Of a DNA stretch of 64,000 nucleotides, positions 13,031 to 27,049 are shown piece after piece. The notes under the pieces are model-generated. The model was not told where the DNA came from and ran no database searches. It was given only the letters and a program-made list of their open reading frames with translations. Location: assembly GCA_053919585.1 (NCBI GenBank), contig CM132819.1, one strand, 5' to 3'. Source of the stretch: Euprymna scolopes (lineage: Eukaryota). A program made the translations under genes and the position numbers. Each line of letters starts with the position of its first letter. The first letter of the stretch is position 1.

Positions 13031-13477
13031 CCCTTAATTTAATTTGTCTTCGATTTTATGAACAAGCAGCATGGCTGTTATATTATATCTTCATTAAATG
13101 TCAACTCGCAAATTGCGTTTTTTCATGAAAATATTGTAGTAGAATTCTACATCAGTCATATACTGACGTCTAATGTAATAAATACGTCACGACGTTTCAA
13201 TTCGCTTCATGATTCTTGAATATTCATTCAGGCATAATCAAATATTGCAGAGTTGATTACTTGATATAAATTCCCGAACAAAAAAAAGATCACGATTTTC
13301 TGTACAGTTATTAAAAGCGTCTGTATTACCATAACAGTCATTATAGTCAACGATGTGCCTCGTTGTTAGCTACCGTCTCCAAAATGACCTCTGATCTATT
13401 CCATTATTCCGGTCTCCGGCGAAACATTTCAGCCACTGCCCATCTGTACATACTTTTGAGCAAAAACACCAACGACC

Positions 13478-13665
13478 GGCGATGCACTAAAAGCATCGCC
13501 CCTTAAAAAGAGAGAGTTTGCTTATACCTTGCCTTCTCCCTAATCTCACTCTCGACCCGAAGGATCACATTGGTGTTTCTCACCCCGTTCTACTCTTATT
13601 TGTGATATCAGAGGCCAAGAGACAGTGAGATGACCCAGGGTCTTAACCAATTTAACCACGCACTT
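13478..13665 (-). mobile_element. Possible tRNA-derived SINE remnant
   Basis: Minus strand begins gcgtggttaaattggttaag (A-box-like); ends at a perfect hairpin ggcgatgc-actaaaa-gcatcgcc near 13478-13500. Confidence 0.35.
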
Positions 13666-14271
13666 ATAAATAGGAGAATGTTTTTGCATGGAAATTGAAA
13701 AGTATCGGTTATACCTAAGTTGGAATTAAGTCACGCAACTCCAATGAGTAAACGGTGAATATGCCTGAGTAATGGTTGATAGCATGTCACAAGTTCATAT
13801 CGATATTGAACAAGGGAATCAAAACAAAATCAAAAGAGAAACAAGAGAATTCACTTTGGAACGCATATGGGTGTTTTAATTAAGAAAATACATTGGAATA
13901 ATGAAACATTACTACCAGATATTAGTGTAGGTGATTCTAAGCACACTTTAAAGCTGCTAAATAATATACATAAGATTTTTTTAAAATAAATAATAATAGA
14001 AAAAATGTCCATATACTCATTTTACTGTTACTCCACCACCTGTGAATGCCAGTATGTAATTCAGAATAAAGTTTAATAAAATAGAATGATTTTAAGCCGT
14101 CCTCTGTAAATAACTGTGAGAGTCCTAGCATTACTCAATGGTATTAAATGCGTTCGTTTAAATATGAACCGTGTGATTAAATGGAAATATTCTGTTCCTA
14201 TAAAATGAACTGCAGACACACAGATCATAGAAACACTCACACATATATGTTAAGTATTTTTATATTACCGG

Positions 14272-14340
<69 letters not shown>

Positions 14341-14343
<3 letters not shown>

Positions 14344-14465
14344 GTTGACCCAACAAAACGGGCCCAACTCTAATTAAGCCCCGTTTCTAAGTGTTTTGTT
14401 TTATCCGTTCTACAGCATATGTTCTAGATATATATACTATGTTTTTTTTGTTTTTTTAGATCACA

Positions 14466-14468
<3 letters not shown>
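14341..14468. mobile_element. Tc1/mariner-type MITE inserted in (TA)n
   Basis: Imperfect TIRs caggttgacccaacaaaac ... gttttttagatcacactg, with TA flanks. Confidence 0.65.
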
Positions 14469-14520
<52 letters not shown>

Positions 14521-14521
<1 letters not shown>

Positions 14522-17030
14522 AGAAGTAAAAATTAATTTTACCAGCCAAAACTTCAAATAACAAATTTCAAGCTCCTATTTTGATGTTCTACCATGCCAT
14601 GGATCCCTAAAATATGTATTTCTAATAATTTTATACAGCGAATAAAAGAGGATTGAAAGAGGAGCGGCTTATTTCTAAAGACAAGATAATACACGGGTTC
14701 CTATCCTCATCTCTATGACTTTGAAAAATCTATGAAATATTTGTTTAGAACCATCCGATTAAAAAAGCACTCTTCTAATACAATTAATACAAAAATTAAT
14801 AATTTTCCATACAATGTTATTTGCAAGTGATATATTTTTCCCAATCGATAAAAAAGAAAAAAAACTACTACAAACTTGATTACATCACTTACAAAAGCTC
14901 ATATAGGAGGAGCTAAACAAATCATACAATATTGCATCCCTACTACTTTAGATAAGATCACTTTTAATGCTAAAACTCATTTACAATCAAACATCCATAA
15001 TTTTACTGAAATATAAACACGAGGAACCTCAATTATTTTATTTTCAATATCACAAGCCTAATTTCTATAACAACTTTGCTATTGAATTAATTTGCGTCTC
15101 TAAATTTGATATAGGTGCAGTGCCTAAAAGAATCCTGATTGGGATTATCCCTTCAGTAAAGAAAAAGTGACCCTTCTATTTTAACAACCCCCTCAATCAG
15201 TATTTAATTGGTTCACTTATGTGAAAGGTAAATAGTAACTAACTGTTATAAGTTTGGACGCAAATAATTTTTACCGGTCTATTTCCCGTATCCCTTTTAG
15301 ATAAGGTCCAAATCGTTTTAAGAATAAACTCGGTTAACATATTTGGAAATTAAGTTAATTTTCTTAGGTAGACAACCCTTCATACATTTTGGCAATAAAA
15401 AAATAGGTATAGAAGTACACCCTCTTATAATTTTGATATACTTATAGGCGCATCAGATTTTTTTTAGGTGACACATTCTGTAGGGATTTGCATTATGAAA
15501 CAATTTAAGATACAATTTAAACAGATCCAAGAAGGTCTTTATCGGGGCAGTGCCATTTTGCTACAAGCACTGTATAAAGGGAATATAATAAAACTATCAG
15601 CAAACTTCATAATTTATTTAATAACTTCGGGACTTTTAACGATTTAACCTGACCAGAAAACTTCACGCTTCTTAGACATTTCTCTTAATTTTAACTCCAA
15701 ATCGTACCGTCCATACCAAACGTTCACTAATTATCCTACTTCAATCATTGCATCTATAACATCATTCACGTATACGAGAATTTCCAGGCTCTTCTTTTCG
15801 ACAAAAATCCACTTTAATGCCCTAACAAACTTCGGTTATACGAGAAAAACCTTTAACCCGACGGTCATTTTCAGTACTTACACTTAACATGTCTCAGACT
15901 AAAATTGATAAAAATAATAAGTGTACGATAACACCAAGTATAATAAAGCTAGCCCAGGAAAAATTGCAGTGAAAGAATTATATCCGATGTAACTAATGTC
16001 AACACTAATATTTCTAAAAGAATGTAATCAAGATTGTAGAAAATCAATTAACTACCCACATTGATTAACCACTATACTTAATAAAAAAAACTTCAGTAAG
16101 ATTTCGGACGCAACAAGGCCTTACTTAACACATACAATAATCTTCAAATAATAAAATAAAATAAAGCAACTTAAGCAATTCCTTTCCCCTTAACTGTACT
16201 CGTCAAAAAAGCGTAAGTGTTCTCGGAGATATAACTGTCTCGATAAAGATGTGTTCTATAATTGCACTCTATCTAAGATACCAACAAGAGCCCTCCAAAT
16301 AAACAGTAATAACTATTCGCACTCACCGATCCTCATTCAATCACGTACCAACGATCAAACCTTTTCGATTGTATAATCAGCATGGATAGTCATATTATTA
16401 TTATTTTTTTATTATTACATTTTCACCCCAAACAAGGCACAATGCCACTTTGGTGTAGGGGCTACTATCAGGGGCAACAACTACTGGGGTACTATGTAGG
16501 GATTTGGGCAGCAAGGTGTCGGTTCACGTTACACTTGAACTTTTGCACGTCAGTACTGTTGGGGAAGCAGGGACCTGGAATGGAATTCCAGAGTCTAGCG
16601 GTTCTGGGGAAGAAACTACTGGAATAAAAAGATCTTTAACATCTAGGGATCTCTACAGTGTGGGGGTTGGATTTAGCGGCCTGTCTGGTTTGTCGAGGGT
16701 GCTCACGTCGTGGGGGCACAAGTGATTGCAGTTCGTCAGAGCATTCACCACTAAAATACTTGTAGAAAAGGCAGAGGGATGCAACATTTCGTCGATGGGA
16801 CAGAGGCTGAAGCTTAGATGCCAGTTCAGGGCCTATCAGGTTTGCGACTCTCTTTTGAACCTTGTCAAGGAGCGAGAGACTAGTATTTCGCTTAATAATA
16901 TCCATAATAGAAATACTCAAAACCATTCTCTTCTTGCTAACTTCTCCAATTCCCTCCATAGATAAACACAATAATTATGATTAACATTCTGTCTTGTTCG
17001 TAGCCATTATAGAAATCACTTTGCCAACAA
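14521..17030 (+). mobile_element. Decayed Penelope-like element (RT plus GIY-YIG), interrupted by a CR1-like copy
   Basis: HKPNFYNNFAIELICVSKFDIGAVPKRIL (PLE HKxNF..RLINP.KS.IG..SK.IL), SLDANNFYRSIS, GLYRGSA (GLYRDD), FLDISLNF..YRPY, Cys-rich linker NCLDKDVFYNC near 16230; resumes after 16890. Confidence 0.82.
16392..16890 (-). mobile_element. CR1/L2-group LINE 3' fragment
   Basis: ORF 16636-16971 includes SLSLLDKVQKRVANLIGPELASKLQPLSHRRNVASLCLFYKYFSGECSDELQSLVP; (AAT)n-type tail at ~16392-16415. Confidence 0.92.
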
Positions 17031-17594
17031 CAATAATAAAATCCATAGAAAACATACATATACATTGGATCTTCTCATACTTTAATTAATGTAAGTATCT
17101 CTAACGATAGATTTTCTCTTAATAATATAAATACTGATAGTAACCAAGGGGCATCTTCAATAACTTTAATAAATGAATAAAAAATAAATCTAATCTCTTC
17201 TCTATCAATTGGGCTACTCTCATTAAATTTAAGTGATATAGCCCAGGTTGCAAGTCATGTCATCCGTGCATTTCTGAGGCTGTAAGGATAATTACATCCC
17301 CTCAAACTTTTTTACGTAGTGTAAAACAAACCCCTAATTCTTTTGCATTTTAATATTTTTATTTATTATTTCACTAATCACTTTAGTAATCCATGAGTAG
17401 GCAATCATCCTTTTGCGGTCGTGGACTGTTAAGTCTTCGTTAACATCTGCATATTTAATTATAATTTTATGATAACTTAGATATTCAGAATCATCCCAAA
17501 TATTATGAAAAATAAGATATAATACATGCATTTTATTATTTAAAAACCACATGATTTATTTAAAATTATCTACGTATGAGAACTACGTTAAACA

Positions 17595-17597
<3 letters not shown>

Positions 17598-17661
<64 letters not shown>
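17598..17661. repeat. (ATT)n microsatellite
   Basis: Direct reading; similar tracts at ~19730-19818 and ~33695-33771. Confidence 0.97.
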
Positions 17662-17666
<5 letters not shown>

Positions 17667-18442
17667 AGATAACGACATTATTATTTCCATTACTATGTAT
17701 ACATTATATTACTCTTACGATTACATCTATATTTTTGCCAAAATTATTCAATCATTTATCTGTATTCACATGTTCTTTTTCTTTCACTTTTGTTGAATTG
17801 AAAACCAAATCTTCTACGCACTTTGATCCGCTGTGCTACTTTAAACTGGTAACATAATTATTTCAGAGATCCATGAAAATAAATCATTTGTTGCATGTTT
17901 GAACTATTTTCCCGTCATTACAATCTTTTCACTGGTTATGGAAACTTCCTATACCAGTTATCCCGTTTTGAACGAAAAAAAAAACATTAACGCTTATTTT
18001 TTCTTCTTCGATCTCTTGCAAACTGATTTTTTCTACAGAATAATTTAGTTACACCCATTTTAAGATTAAAGTTTGGATTGCTATGTCAACTCAGACTACA
18101 TCTCATGTAAACATTGAATCTTATGACATATGCCTTTTGAAAAAAAACTCTGCATACGCTTTCATTTGCATTTTTTGCATTTTTCATTTTTTTCTCCATT
18201 TAATGAATTCCTTACACTATTATTCTTTGCTTATATGATAAGTTTTCATATAATGCAGGTCGAAACAAATCCATAGCTTCGTTATAATTATCATTTGCTA
18301 ATATCTGAGTAAAAGAACTTATTTTTGGCAACTCTCGGGATAAATAAAATGCTAATATTTACTTTCTTGATTCTCCTGTATAACAAGAATTTCTTGCAAA
18401 AAGTAATTTACAATATTTAATTGTGATCTTGTATACACCCTC

Positions 18443-18509
<67 letters not shown>

Positions 18510-18511
<2 letters not shown>

Positions 18512-19290
18512 CGAATTGCCTTTAATAAGTTTCCAGACATTTTCGTATAGCACTTTTACTTGTAGTACACACATAAAACTTCAATCCATCTCAAATTAAT
18601 CTAATCCTGTTGAAATGGACTTGTTGTACCGCTCCAACAACTTCTGGGTAGCATCATGAAATTTCCTTTGTGTAAGCGTTTCAATGATCTTAGTCAGAGC
18701 CTCATCCATCTCCTTGCTGTTGCATAACGACAGCTTCTTAAGATTTCCTTAAGGAATATACATGAGTCATGGTAATCAATATCTGAACAATGGGGAGGGA
18801 GAAGAACTGTCTTGATGCCCATCTTGGGTAAACAGTCTTACAAAGATAGAGTTGTGGACTGGTGCAATGTTCTAATATAAATGCTACTAAACCGATTTAA
18901 AGAGTGCTGGCATTTTCGCCGGGAATTTCTTCCGAACTGCCAACAAAACCTTAACATAGACATGTACAGTGCTATCAAAAAAAAGTATCACCAAAATGTG
19001 TTGGGTGGATTTGCTTTGTCTGGCTTTATTGGGTCTAGGAGAGCCAGCATGCTTCAACTGAGAACTTTTTCACTTAATCTCTGGGTGATAGCCGTAGATT
19101 AGCTTTCATCAGAGGTAATAAGAGCATCAAGAACTGCAGGATTTGATATGATCAGATCGACATCGCCCTTCTGTTATGACAACGTCTTTTTAATGATCTT
19201 TTCCGAGCATCCTTGGTTCAAACTTCGTGCAATTGCCTCCATCGCGAATAATTGGGTATACAGTTGCCACACTTAGATCAACCTGTGCCA
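18510..19290 (-). mobile_element. Decayed mariner (DD34D-type) transposon
   Basis: Minus strand: ITSDES*IYGYHPE (TGDESWIY..DPE), NIAPVHNS (HQDNAPxH), LPPHCSDI (PPYSPDL), KLLERYNK; TIR-like tacgaattgcctttaataagtttccagac after (TA)n. Confidence 0.85.
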
Positions 19291-19356
19291 ATCAATTTTA
19301 CCTCCCATATCCCTCATTATTTCTTTATCTTTCCTGAATCTCTTATACCACTCAAA

Positions 19357-19412
<56 letters not shown>

Positions 19413-20129
19413 GTATATATATGCCTTTGTGAGTACTTATATGTGTATTACTTTTTGTTTCGATTTATCTCAGTACATGAGTTCTAAGATATAAAGGAGT
19501 ATATTTATTGGATTTTTCTATAAGCTATATAAATGTTACTGTGTTCCGTCAAGAGTCACCGCTTCTTTTCAGAGATTGCTTTTGTAAAGCAATCAAAAAC
19601 ACGAATTCCCCACGTATTATTATGTGAGACAAACCGTTTTGTTGTGACACCAAAGTTAATCGACGATCTTGTTTAATAGCTAATTCAAAACCTATATATG
19701 CAAACTCATATATACGTTACATTATTTAAAAATAATGATAATAATAGTGATAATAATGATAATGATGATGATGATAATAATAAGATTAATGATAATAATA
19801 ATAATAATAATAATAATATATGTCAATTTCCTTATCATTTTGTTACTCGTGATGACAGACATTCACCCGCTATTTAAGACACAAACTGAGAGTTATTCCC
19901 TAAGATTTAATTTGTATTTTATATGCAATTAGTTCAACGTTTATCATACAAATATTTTTTTAATTTAAATAGGATCTTATTGGAATGATGAAGATCTTCC
20001 TAAGTTCTAGTTTTTTTTTTACATTTTGTACTTGTTATTCTGTTATTTTCGTCCTTGTTCATGCAATCATCGTTATTAGCACTGATGATGCCGTCTTAAC
20101 AGTTTTGAAAAAGGGGTTGTTAAATGAAG

Positions 20130-20500
20130 TAATAGGAATAGCTCCTTTTTTATATTCGACTTATTTCGATTATTCGAATTACCGTTCCGTTTTAGAGTGT
20201 CATTTTAACATTTTTGGTGATAAAACTTCCGATCGTCTTCAGGTGTATCTTATCGAACTTAGAATCTTACTGTCAGATTCAGGAATTTGCGCAAAATCGA
20301 ACGTACACACTTATTTATGTTATAAGTAGCATACTTTCTTCCCGTCAGCCAGGAATAGAAAGAAATGCTAAGTAATTCGAAAATGTATTTTCGGTTGCGC
20401 AACTAGTGATTAGAGCAATTGAAAAGATTCAGTTATAAAAGAGACATTCTTCTGAAATATGAAGTTTCAATCCTCAGTGATGGACGCTCAAGACGGATTA
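20130..20500 (-). mobile_element. Degenerate PLE terminal repeat with relic hammerhead core
   Basis: Minus strand cacCTGAAGAcgatcggaag...; GAAAC box and stems decayed. Confidence 0.35.
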
Positions 20501-22063
20501 GAAAATCACCAGTTTGTAGTCAGTTGGAGGGCAGCTCCGCGGTACAGAATTATATTTGGTAGGTACTTTTAGGAATAAACGTTGTCTATGGAATTAGGGG
20601 CTGGTTTTTATTCACATAAAAAGAGAATGATGAATTTGTTTACAGTGGTTGTAGATAAACAAGTGTTTGCTGTGAATTTGTAGGGAGGACTTGACATTAA
20701 CATAACAATAAAGCAAATATTTCTAATATGCACACGTTTTTTGCAGGTTTTGTTTTGATTACAATTTTTCAGTAAGGCAATATACAGTTGATTCGCAGAT
20801 TGCTGACAAGAATCCGATAGTTTACTCCAAACTTACTGTTAAACGCTAAGATCCTTACTAATGAGGCCACTAGTTAGATGCATTAATGAAATCGAAGTAT
20901 ATATTTCTGGTCTAACTCAATGAACTCGCAATACTTCTGGAGTACGAACAAAATTATAAATTAACAAATATAGAACATACTCAGTCGAGTTGAGACGACT
21001 GTTAATGTTTAAATGATTACCCGAAAACAATTATCACGAAATGGAACAACTAATAATTAGATTCGCAAATATCATAGAAATTATGTACATTATGTGCAAA
21101 CACGTAAGCTTTTTGAAGACTAAAGCGACTTTGCTTCACCTTGGACAATGCTAGGTAAGTAGGTCAAATATAAAACCGTCTTCGAAGTCAGTTAGGCTGG
21201 AACCTTTTCGCCCGTGCCCTTCCTTTTCCTCTCAGTATATACTCTTTGTGCAAGTCTTTCTGCTCTATCGTTGCTTTTATTGTAAGTACTTGGCTGAGGA
21301 ATTTAACTGTTTATATCAACTGTTTTTGTTTCCAAAGTTTTGAAGTAATACCCCCAAAAAAAACCAAACAACCCGTGCCCCTTCTTGCATGCTTTGCTCC
21401 TGTATCCATTGAACAGATTTTATGCATAAAAATGAGTCGTTCGCCCATCGAAAAATATTACTCCAGCTTTATTCGTGGACATGTTCGTGTCACTCAATTG
21501 TCGTTTGGGGATTAGAGTTCTACTAACGTAATCTCGGTCTGATCTGTCACTGTACACGAAAAATTCTCAGTTGAGACGCTCTCAACGATTAGCTTAACAG
21601 ATGTCCCAGAAATAACACAGCAAGAACAGAACAATAGCAACAATAGAATTATCCCACGTTAGGATAAATAAAAAGAGTATAGAAATAATTTTTTTTAAAT
21701 ACATCTTTACGCTTTGTGTTGTTATAAGGTCTAATCTTTGTGGTTTATTCCCGGTGTTGTAATTGAAACTCCGACGGAAGAAGGGGGGGTAGAGCGATTT
21801 GTAAGCGTGCATCTTTCCAGATGACATAGTTGTTAAGTAATATTAGCATGCCTTATCTAAAACACGCTTCAACCAGTGATACAAGTAAAGTATATTCTTC
21901 TCACACATTCTCGCATTCGAATATATGACGTCAGTCCCATCCAACTTTTGCATTATTTCTATTCTCAAGATAAAGTTTCCACGACCTGCTGACCTGTTTG
22001 ACCGCAGTCTCATAATCTTACTCTTAGTATATGAACCAATTATTGTATTAGTAAACGTGCCCA

Positions 22064-22123
22064 CTTGAATAGTTATTAATAAACAATGATCGTCTTGAAT
22101 AGTTATTAATAAACATTGATCGC
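22064..22123. repeat. 30-bp tandem duplication
   Basis: cttgaatagttattaataaacaatgatcgt / cttgaatagttattaataaacattgatcgc. Confidence 0.95.
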
Positions 22124-22656
22124 CGTGTGTTTACTTTTTACTAACAGAACGTGTTAAACGGCGTTGCCATGCGGAAATTCCACTCGCAAAAAAAGTAACC
22201 TACTATTGTTGTTGGTGGCAACTGGCGTCCTTGAAGAATTGCGGACACTGGCGGCCATAACCTAAATGAAATAATCTGGATTTACCAGGCTATTAGTGAT
22301 GGTTTTGGACGATAACATGCTTTGTTTGAATTTTTAAAAAGTCAATGAAGTGAATGCGTACATCAGTATGAAGTAATAAAATTACGAAAAATGGTCCATT
22401 AATATATTAATAAAGAAAGTAAAAACAGAACTTTTAGAGGTTAGGGATTATCACTGTATATGAACTGTTTAGAGTGATAGAACTCAGTTATAGCAGTCCT
22501 AGCTAATAGCGTTTATTGTTCAAGTATTCCTATTCTTTGCAACTCTTCAACCAATAGTATTGAAGTAAATTGCAGTATTATGTGTTAATTTTTTAACGTA
22601 TAAAACAAAATAATTACGACGTTTTCACTTCACGATACTTCTTGGAGCATTTTCAT

Positions 22657-22812
22657 GTTAAGAACGACGTTTTGAATAACTATCCCAAACTCCTCGTGTT
22701 AAGAACGACTTTCGGAATAGACTTCACCAGCCTACTTATCTTAAGAACGGCGTTCGCGATAGACACCCTCAATATCCCTGTGTGAAGAACCGCTTTTGGA
22801 GTAGACAACCAC
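22657..22812. repeat. Four 41-42-bp units with a conserved ~25-nt head and variable ~17-nt tail
   Basis: Units start at 22657, 22698, 22740, 22782; consensus GTTAAGAACGRCKTTYGGAATAGAC. Confidence 0.85.
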
Positions 22813-25800
22813 TTTTTGTGTAAGGCTGTGGGAAAAACAATTTCCAAAAATTTAAAAGTAACAATCGCTGTCAGCATAGCCACTCACAGACGCAAAAAAT
22901 GGGTGGCAGTGGCTGTAGAAGAGAAGTAGATTTGTTTATCGCGCGTGCGTACAAGCCTGACATCCAGTTAATTACATAATAAAGGTCTTATATAAGTATT
23001 TGTCTCTGTAAAATTTGAATTAGATTTTCTAATCAGGATAGTTAAAAACCTACAAAAGTCATCATTCTAAAGAGGAAGGTGTACCTAGTGTATCAATTAA
23101 CCCCCTCCCCCCATAAATAAGTTAACGGGTGTACAATGCCGAGAATCCAGTAGATGATATTGCCGTAACATGTATTGTTAATTCGCCGACGATCATATTA
23201 TTGCGCAGATGTTAAAAAAAATGTTTATTTAAATTAAGTAAGTAAAAACATAACTATGTCTGAAATAATAAAATTAATTACTGGAACAAAGAGGCCATGC
23301 TTGTAAAACATGAGATAAATGTATGTTGATTTTTCTTCGGCATCGCCGTGAAAAAATGTAAACACCAAGCAAGAAAGAGAAAAATAGAAATAGAGCGGGT
23401 GAGCGAGAGAGAGAGAGAGAGAGAGAGGGAGAGGAAGATGGAAAGAACATACACCGAGAAATAGAGAGGTAGAGAGAAAGGAAATTAAAACTTACGCCGT
23501 TATATGTAAGAAAATGAATGTAGCAATTTACTCAGAAGGCAAAAGTGTGTATCATTGCCACGCCATGTTGAATTGTACATTAACATTCGTTTAGCATGCG
23601 AATACCGGTAATCCGGAATATAGAAATAGTTCAAGGACAGCAATCAGATTGAACAGAATTAGTTTGAGGAGACTTCATTATTTTTGAATCGGAAAAGGGA
23701 AAGATTATATTATGCTTAGGAGTTTATGATTCAGTTATGAAGGGTGCCACTACATATCTGTCGAAAATGCAGAATTTCTCTTGACGATGCTGGGGGCGGT
23801 AAGAGGACTTGATATTTAGACTAAAACATAAGAACGACTTTCTCTAAAGATGGTAGCCATTCTGATGATGTTGTTCTAAAGATGAAATGTAGAATGTTAT
23901 TATTACGACTATAATGACGTTCTAAAGTTACATAAAAAAGTGGCTAATCATCTAGGCAAAATAAACTTGTATGTGGTATCTTTTTATACTTTTTTCCATA
24001 AGGAATTTTTTGCAATTAAAATATTATATATGGAGATAAGAAAGAATACCACTTCCGGTTGGATGATCAAAACAAAAAATGCAAATTGTTGTATACTCAT
24101 GTTCGACTTTTGAAATCTATTACATTTTGTAGACAAATTATTCCAATACATAAAGAATGCCAATGCAGATGTATAATATTTAATTTTGAAATACTATAAA
24201 GATATCATTGAAAAATCACATCTCATAATACCATTATTACTTATCAGGCAGTAGACATTATGTTTTCGACTTTAAGATGTAAATTATTCATTATAGTTAT
24301 CACATATGCCATTAAACGTTTGTAAGTGGCATAACGAGCATATGCTACCCTCGTTCGAAATTCCGTGCAAATTTTCCAGTTTGAAAGAAAAATTTTCGAA
24401 TTCGACAAGATATACTTGGAGCCGAATGGCCACCAACAAATATAAGAACCTCGGAGGTTACATTGCTATAAACGTTTTGAAAATAGCACTCAATATGAGG
24501 GCAGTTGTCCGAATAATGCAAATAATGTTTATAGGTGTTTAGCGTCTTTAAAAATATATGGGTTGTTACTTATAAAAATGTATATCGGTTGATAGAGAGG
24601 TAGCTGTTATTGAAATTTAATATACAGTTTTAAACACCAGTCAAGATTCATAATAACATCACTATTTACGTATATTTATTGCATATGTATTATCTAAACA
24701 TTCGGACTTTTTCTTCGGTGTCAGCAATGAGAATCAGTTTTCGCATATGGCATTATGTAACTGCGCAGAAATATAAGAAAACATTCAAGCATTAAATACA
24801 CTGGAAAATCGAACAGAATTATTGCAAGAGGCGATACTTTCATGTAAATGAAATAGGATATACATCAAACCTAATGTCTTTAACGTGATGAAAGTGTAAC
24901 AGCACTGGGAAGGCGCAATGCTTAAGCAAAATCGATGTAACTGATTAATTGATTGGTAAACCGATTATTTTGGAACGTCTCTCTTATATTTCAATTAAAA
25001 AGCAATTATTTATTAATTTTAATGCCAATTGTTATGCTTAGTAGAATTTACACTGATGGATATGACCAACTTATATGACTTCATGACTTAGATTGAAAGT
25101 ATTCCAAAATATGTACAGTAATGTAGTGCTCAGTAAAACTGTACACACATGCATTCTTCGTATCTGCGCCCTAATGTTTACTATATGTTGCCAGTCACTT
25201 GTAAACGTTTTGGGGAGATAAAATGTATTACCAGGCAACAATACTTACGTACGGCATGAATTAACAATTATATTCCTTCATATGTCATACATTCATTTAT
25301 AACATATGGATGCTTGGGGAAAGTTTTCTAAATTCCCCTACCAGAAACTAAACTTAATTTCCTGAAGTAAAGCTTCTTTCCTAGAATTGTCCGCCTACTG
25401 AATACAATGCCACAAGACTGCTTTCCAGCTGACTACAACATGCCATTTTACAAGTGCACCGTAAACAAATAATTGGTGAACCGTCCTCGTAAATAATTAA
25501 TTTCAAGCAAATGTCGAGAATTACGCATATTACGTTGTTCAGGCACTAGTCCTTATCTTCTTATAGCACCTGGGTTTCGATGATCCCTGTAAAGAATGGG
25601 CAATATGAATGTCGGGCTTTACAATGATTAACATGCTGCGAATAAAATAACCAAGATGTGAATAATAGAATGACACATCAACGTAATAAAAAACATTCAA
25701 GTTAAGCAAAAAAGTCTAAATATATTTCTTTCAACTGTTAATACAATTTCGTGAAGCATTTGAATATTCTGTAAAGCAGCCGAATGGCCACCAAAGCATA

Positions 25801-26097
25801 TAAACATATACAATCAAAGACATAACCATGCTGTTGCTCTTTTCCGTCCTCGCCTCTCCTTTCCCCCCTTCTCTGTCTTTTCGTTTGAAGTGCGCAAAAG
25901 TAAATAATACTTCCAAAAGGTTCTCTGATATAATATAGTAAAGACATGGTTGGATTAATCTTGTCCGTCAATTTAAATTGGCATCAGCTGTTGCAATGTA
26001 TTCATATAGGTATATTAATATTCTATGCAGATATGTACATACATTTATACAACTCGCATGTCTCTCTGTTTCTCTCTGTGTTTCTCTCCCTCTCTCG

Positions 26098-26151
<54 letters not shown>

Positions 26152-26478
26152 GTTTCAGTCTTGACTTTTTATGTATTAAAGCATCTGTTAAACATTAGTT
26201 ATTTATCTCAAATTACATGCACATAAGTGGTTCTCTAACGTTTTTATTTATTTTATCATATTTTCCTTAGACTTAGTTAAAACTGTTTTTTCTCTTTTGT
26301 TCTTAGTTTCTTACCGACTCAATTCATAACCTTTTACTTTACCACAATTGTCTTTCCCAAAGATGTGTTATTTCTACGTTAGTTTCAATACAAGAATTGC
26401 AGAGAACAAGTATTTCATCATATTCTTTTCAATATATACTTTAGTAATATCATCTTTGTATACTTAAGTTATATAAGA

Positions 26479-26975
26479 CTAGCAAGCCGCCTTGTATTGT
26501 CCGGTCGTAAAACACGCTTTAATATGACATTTTGATTAATGAAGATTTCGTCATTATTATATTATATTGGACCCAATATACATTAATGATTAAAAAGTAA
26601 AAGAGAAAAAAATGACTCTTGTGCCAACACCAAGAATCGAAACCAAAACGTTTAGCTTACGATTTACGTTTTCCTTTGACATTAATGTCTGAGCTATGAA
26701 GACATGTTAACTGCGAGGCTAAAAATCTAAACATCAACCAATAGCTATTACGTTATGCATGAATAATTGCGATGTTATCGTTCAACCTTCTCCTGGCAAA
26801 TTTCATGTTTTTTTTTTTTTTTAATCTTTACACTTTTGCACCAATGTTTCCCTGGGTAAACGCAAATATACTTTTTGCATAATTCTGGATACCCTCTATA
26901 TGAAGTTTTATGTCTATAGACCAAAAACCATATGAGGGGGTTTGGTAGGAAATCTTTGTTAACAAATATATACAC
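26479..26975 (-). mobile_element. Non-autonomous Helitron-like element containing a tRNA-like relic
   Basis: Minus-strand 3' end gaccggacaatacaaggcggcttgCTAGt; tRNA-like catagctcag...ggtttcgattc at ~26620-26698. Confidence 0.5.
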
Positions 26976-27049
26976 GCGTGCATAAATATAGAGCTACATA
27001 CGTTTTAAAAGGGAATTTGCCACCTCTGGACAGGAGTTGCTCAGCACGC

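Noticed and set aside
16345-16385. Hammerhead-like CTGAT...GAAA on the minus strand
   Set aside because: Core incomplete; the + strand reads as PLE GIY-YIG coding relic (FRLYNQH).
22657-22812. CRISPR array
   Set aside because: Eukaryotic context, divergent repeats, short spacers and no cas genes; kept only as an unusual repeat.
23858-23896. CTGATGA...GAAAtGTA hammerhead-like spacing
   Set aside because: Stems II and III cannot form; likely chance.
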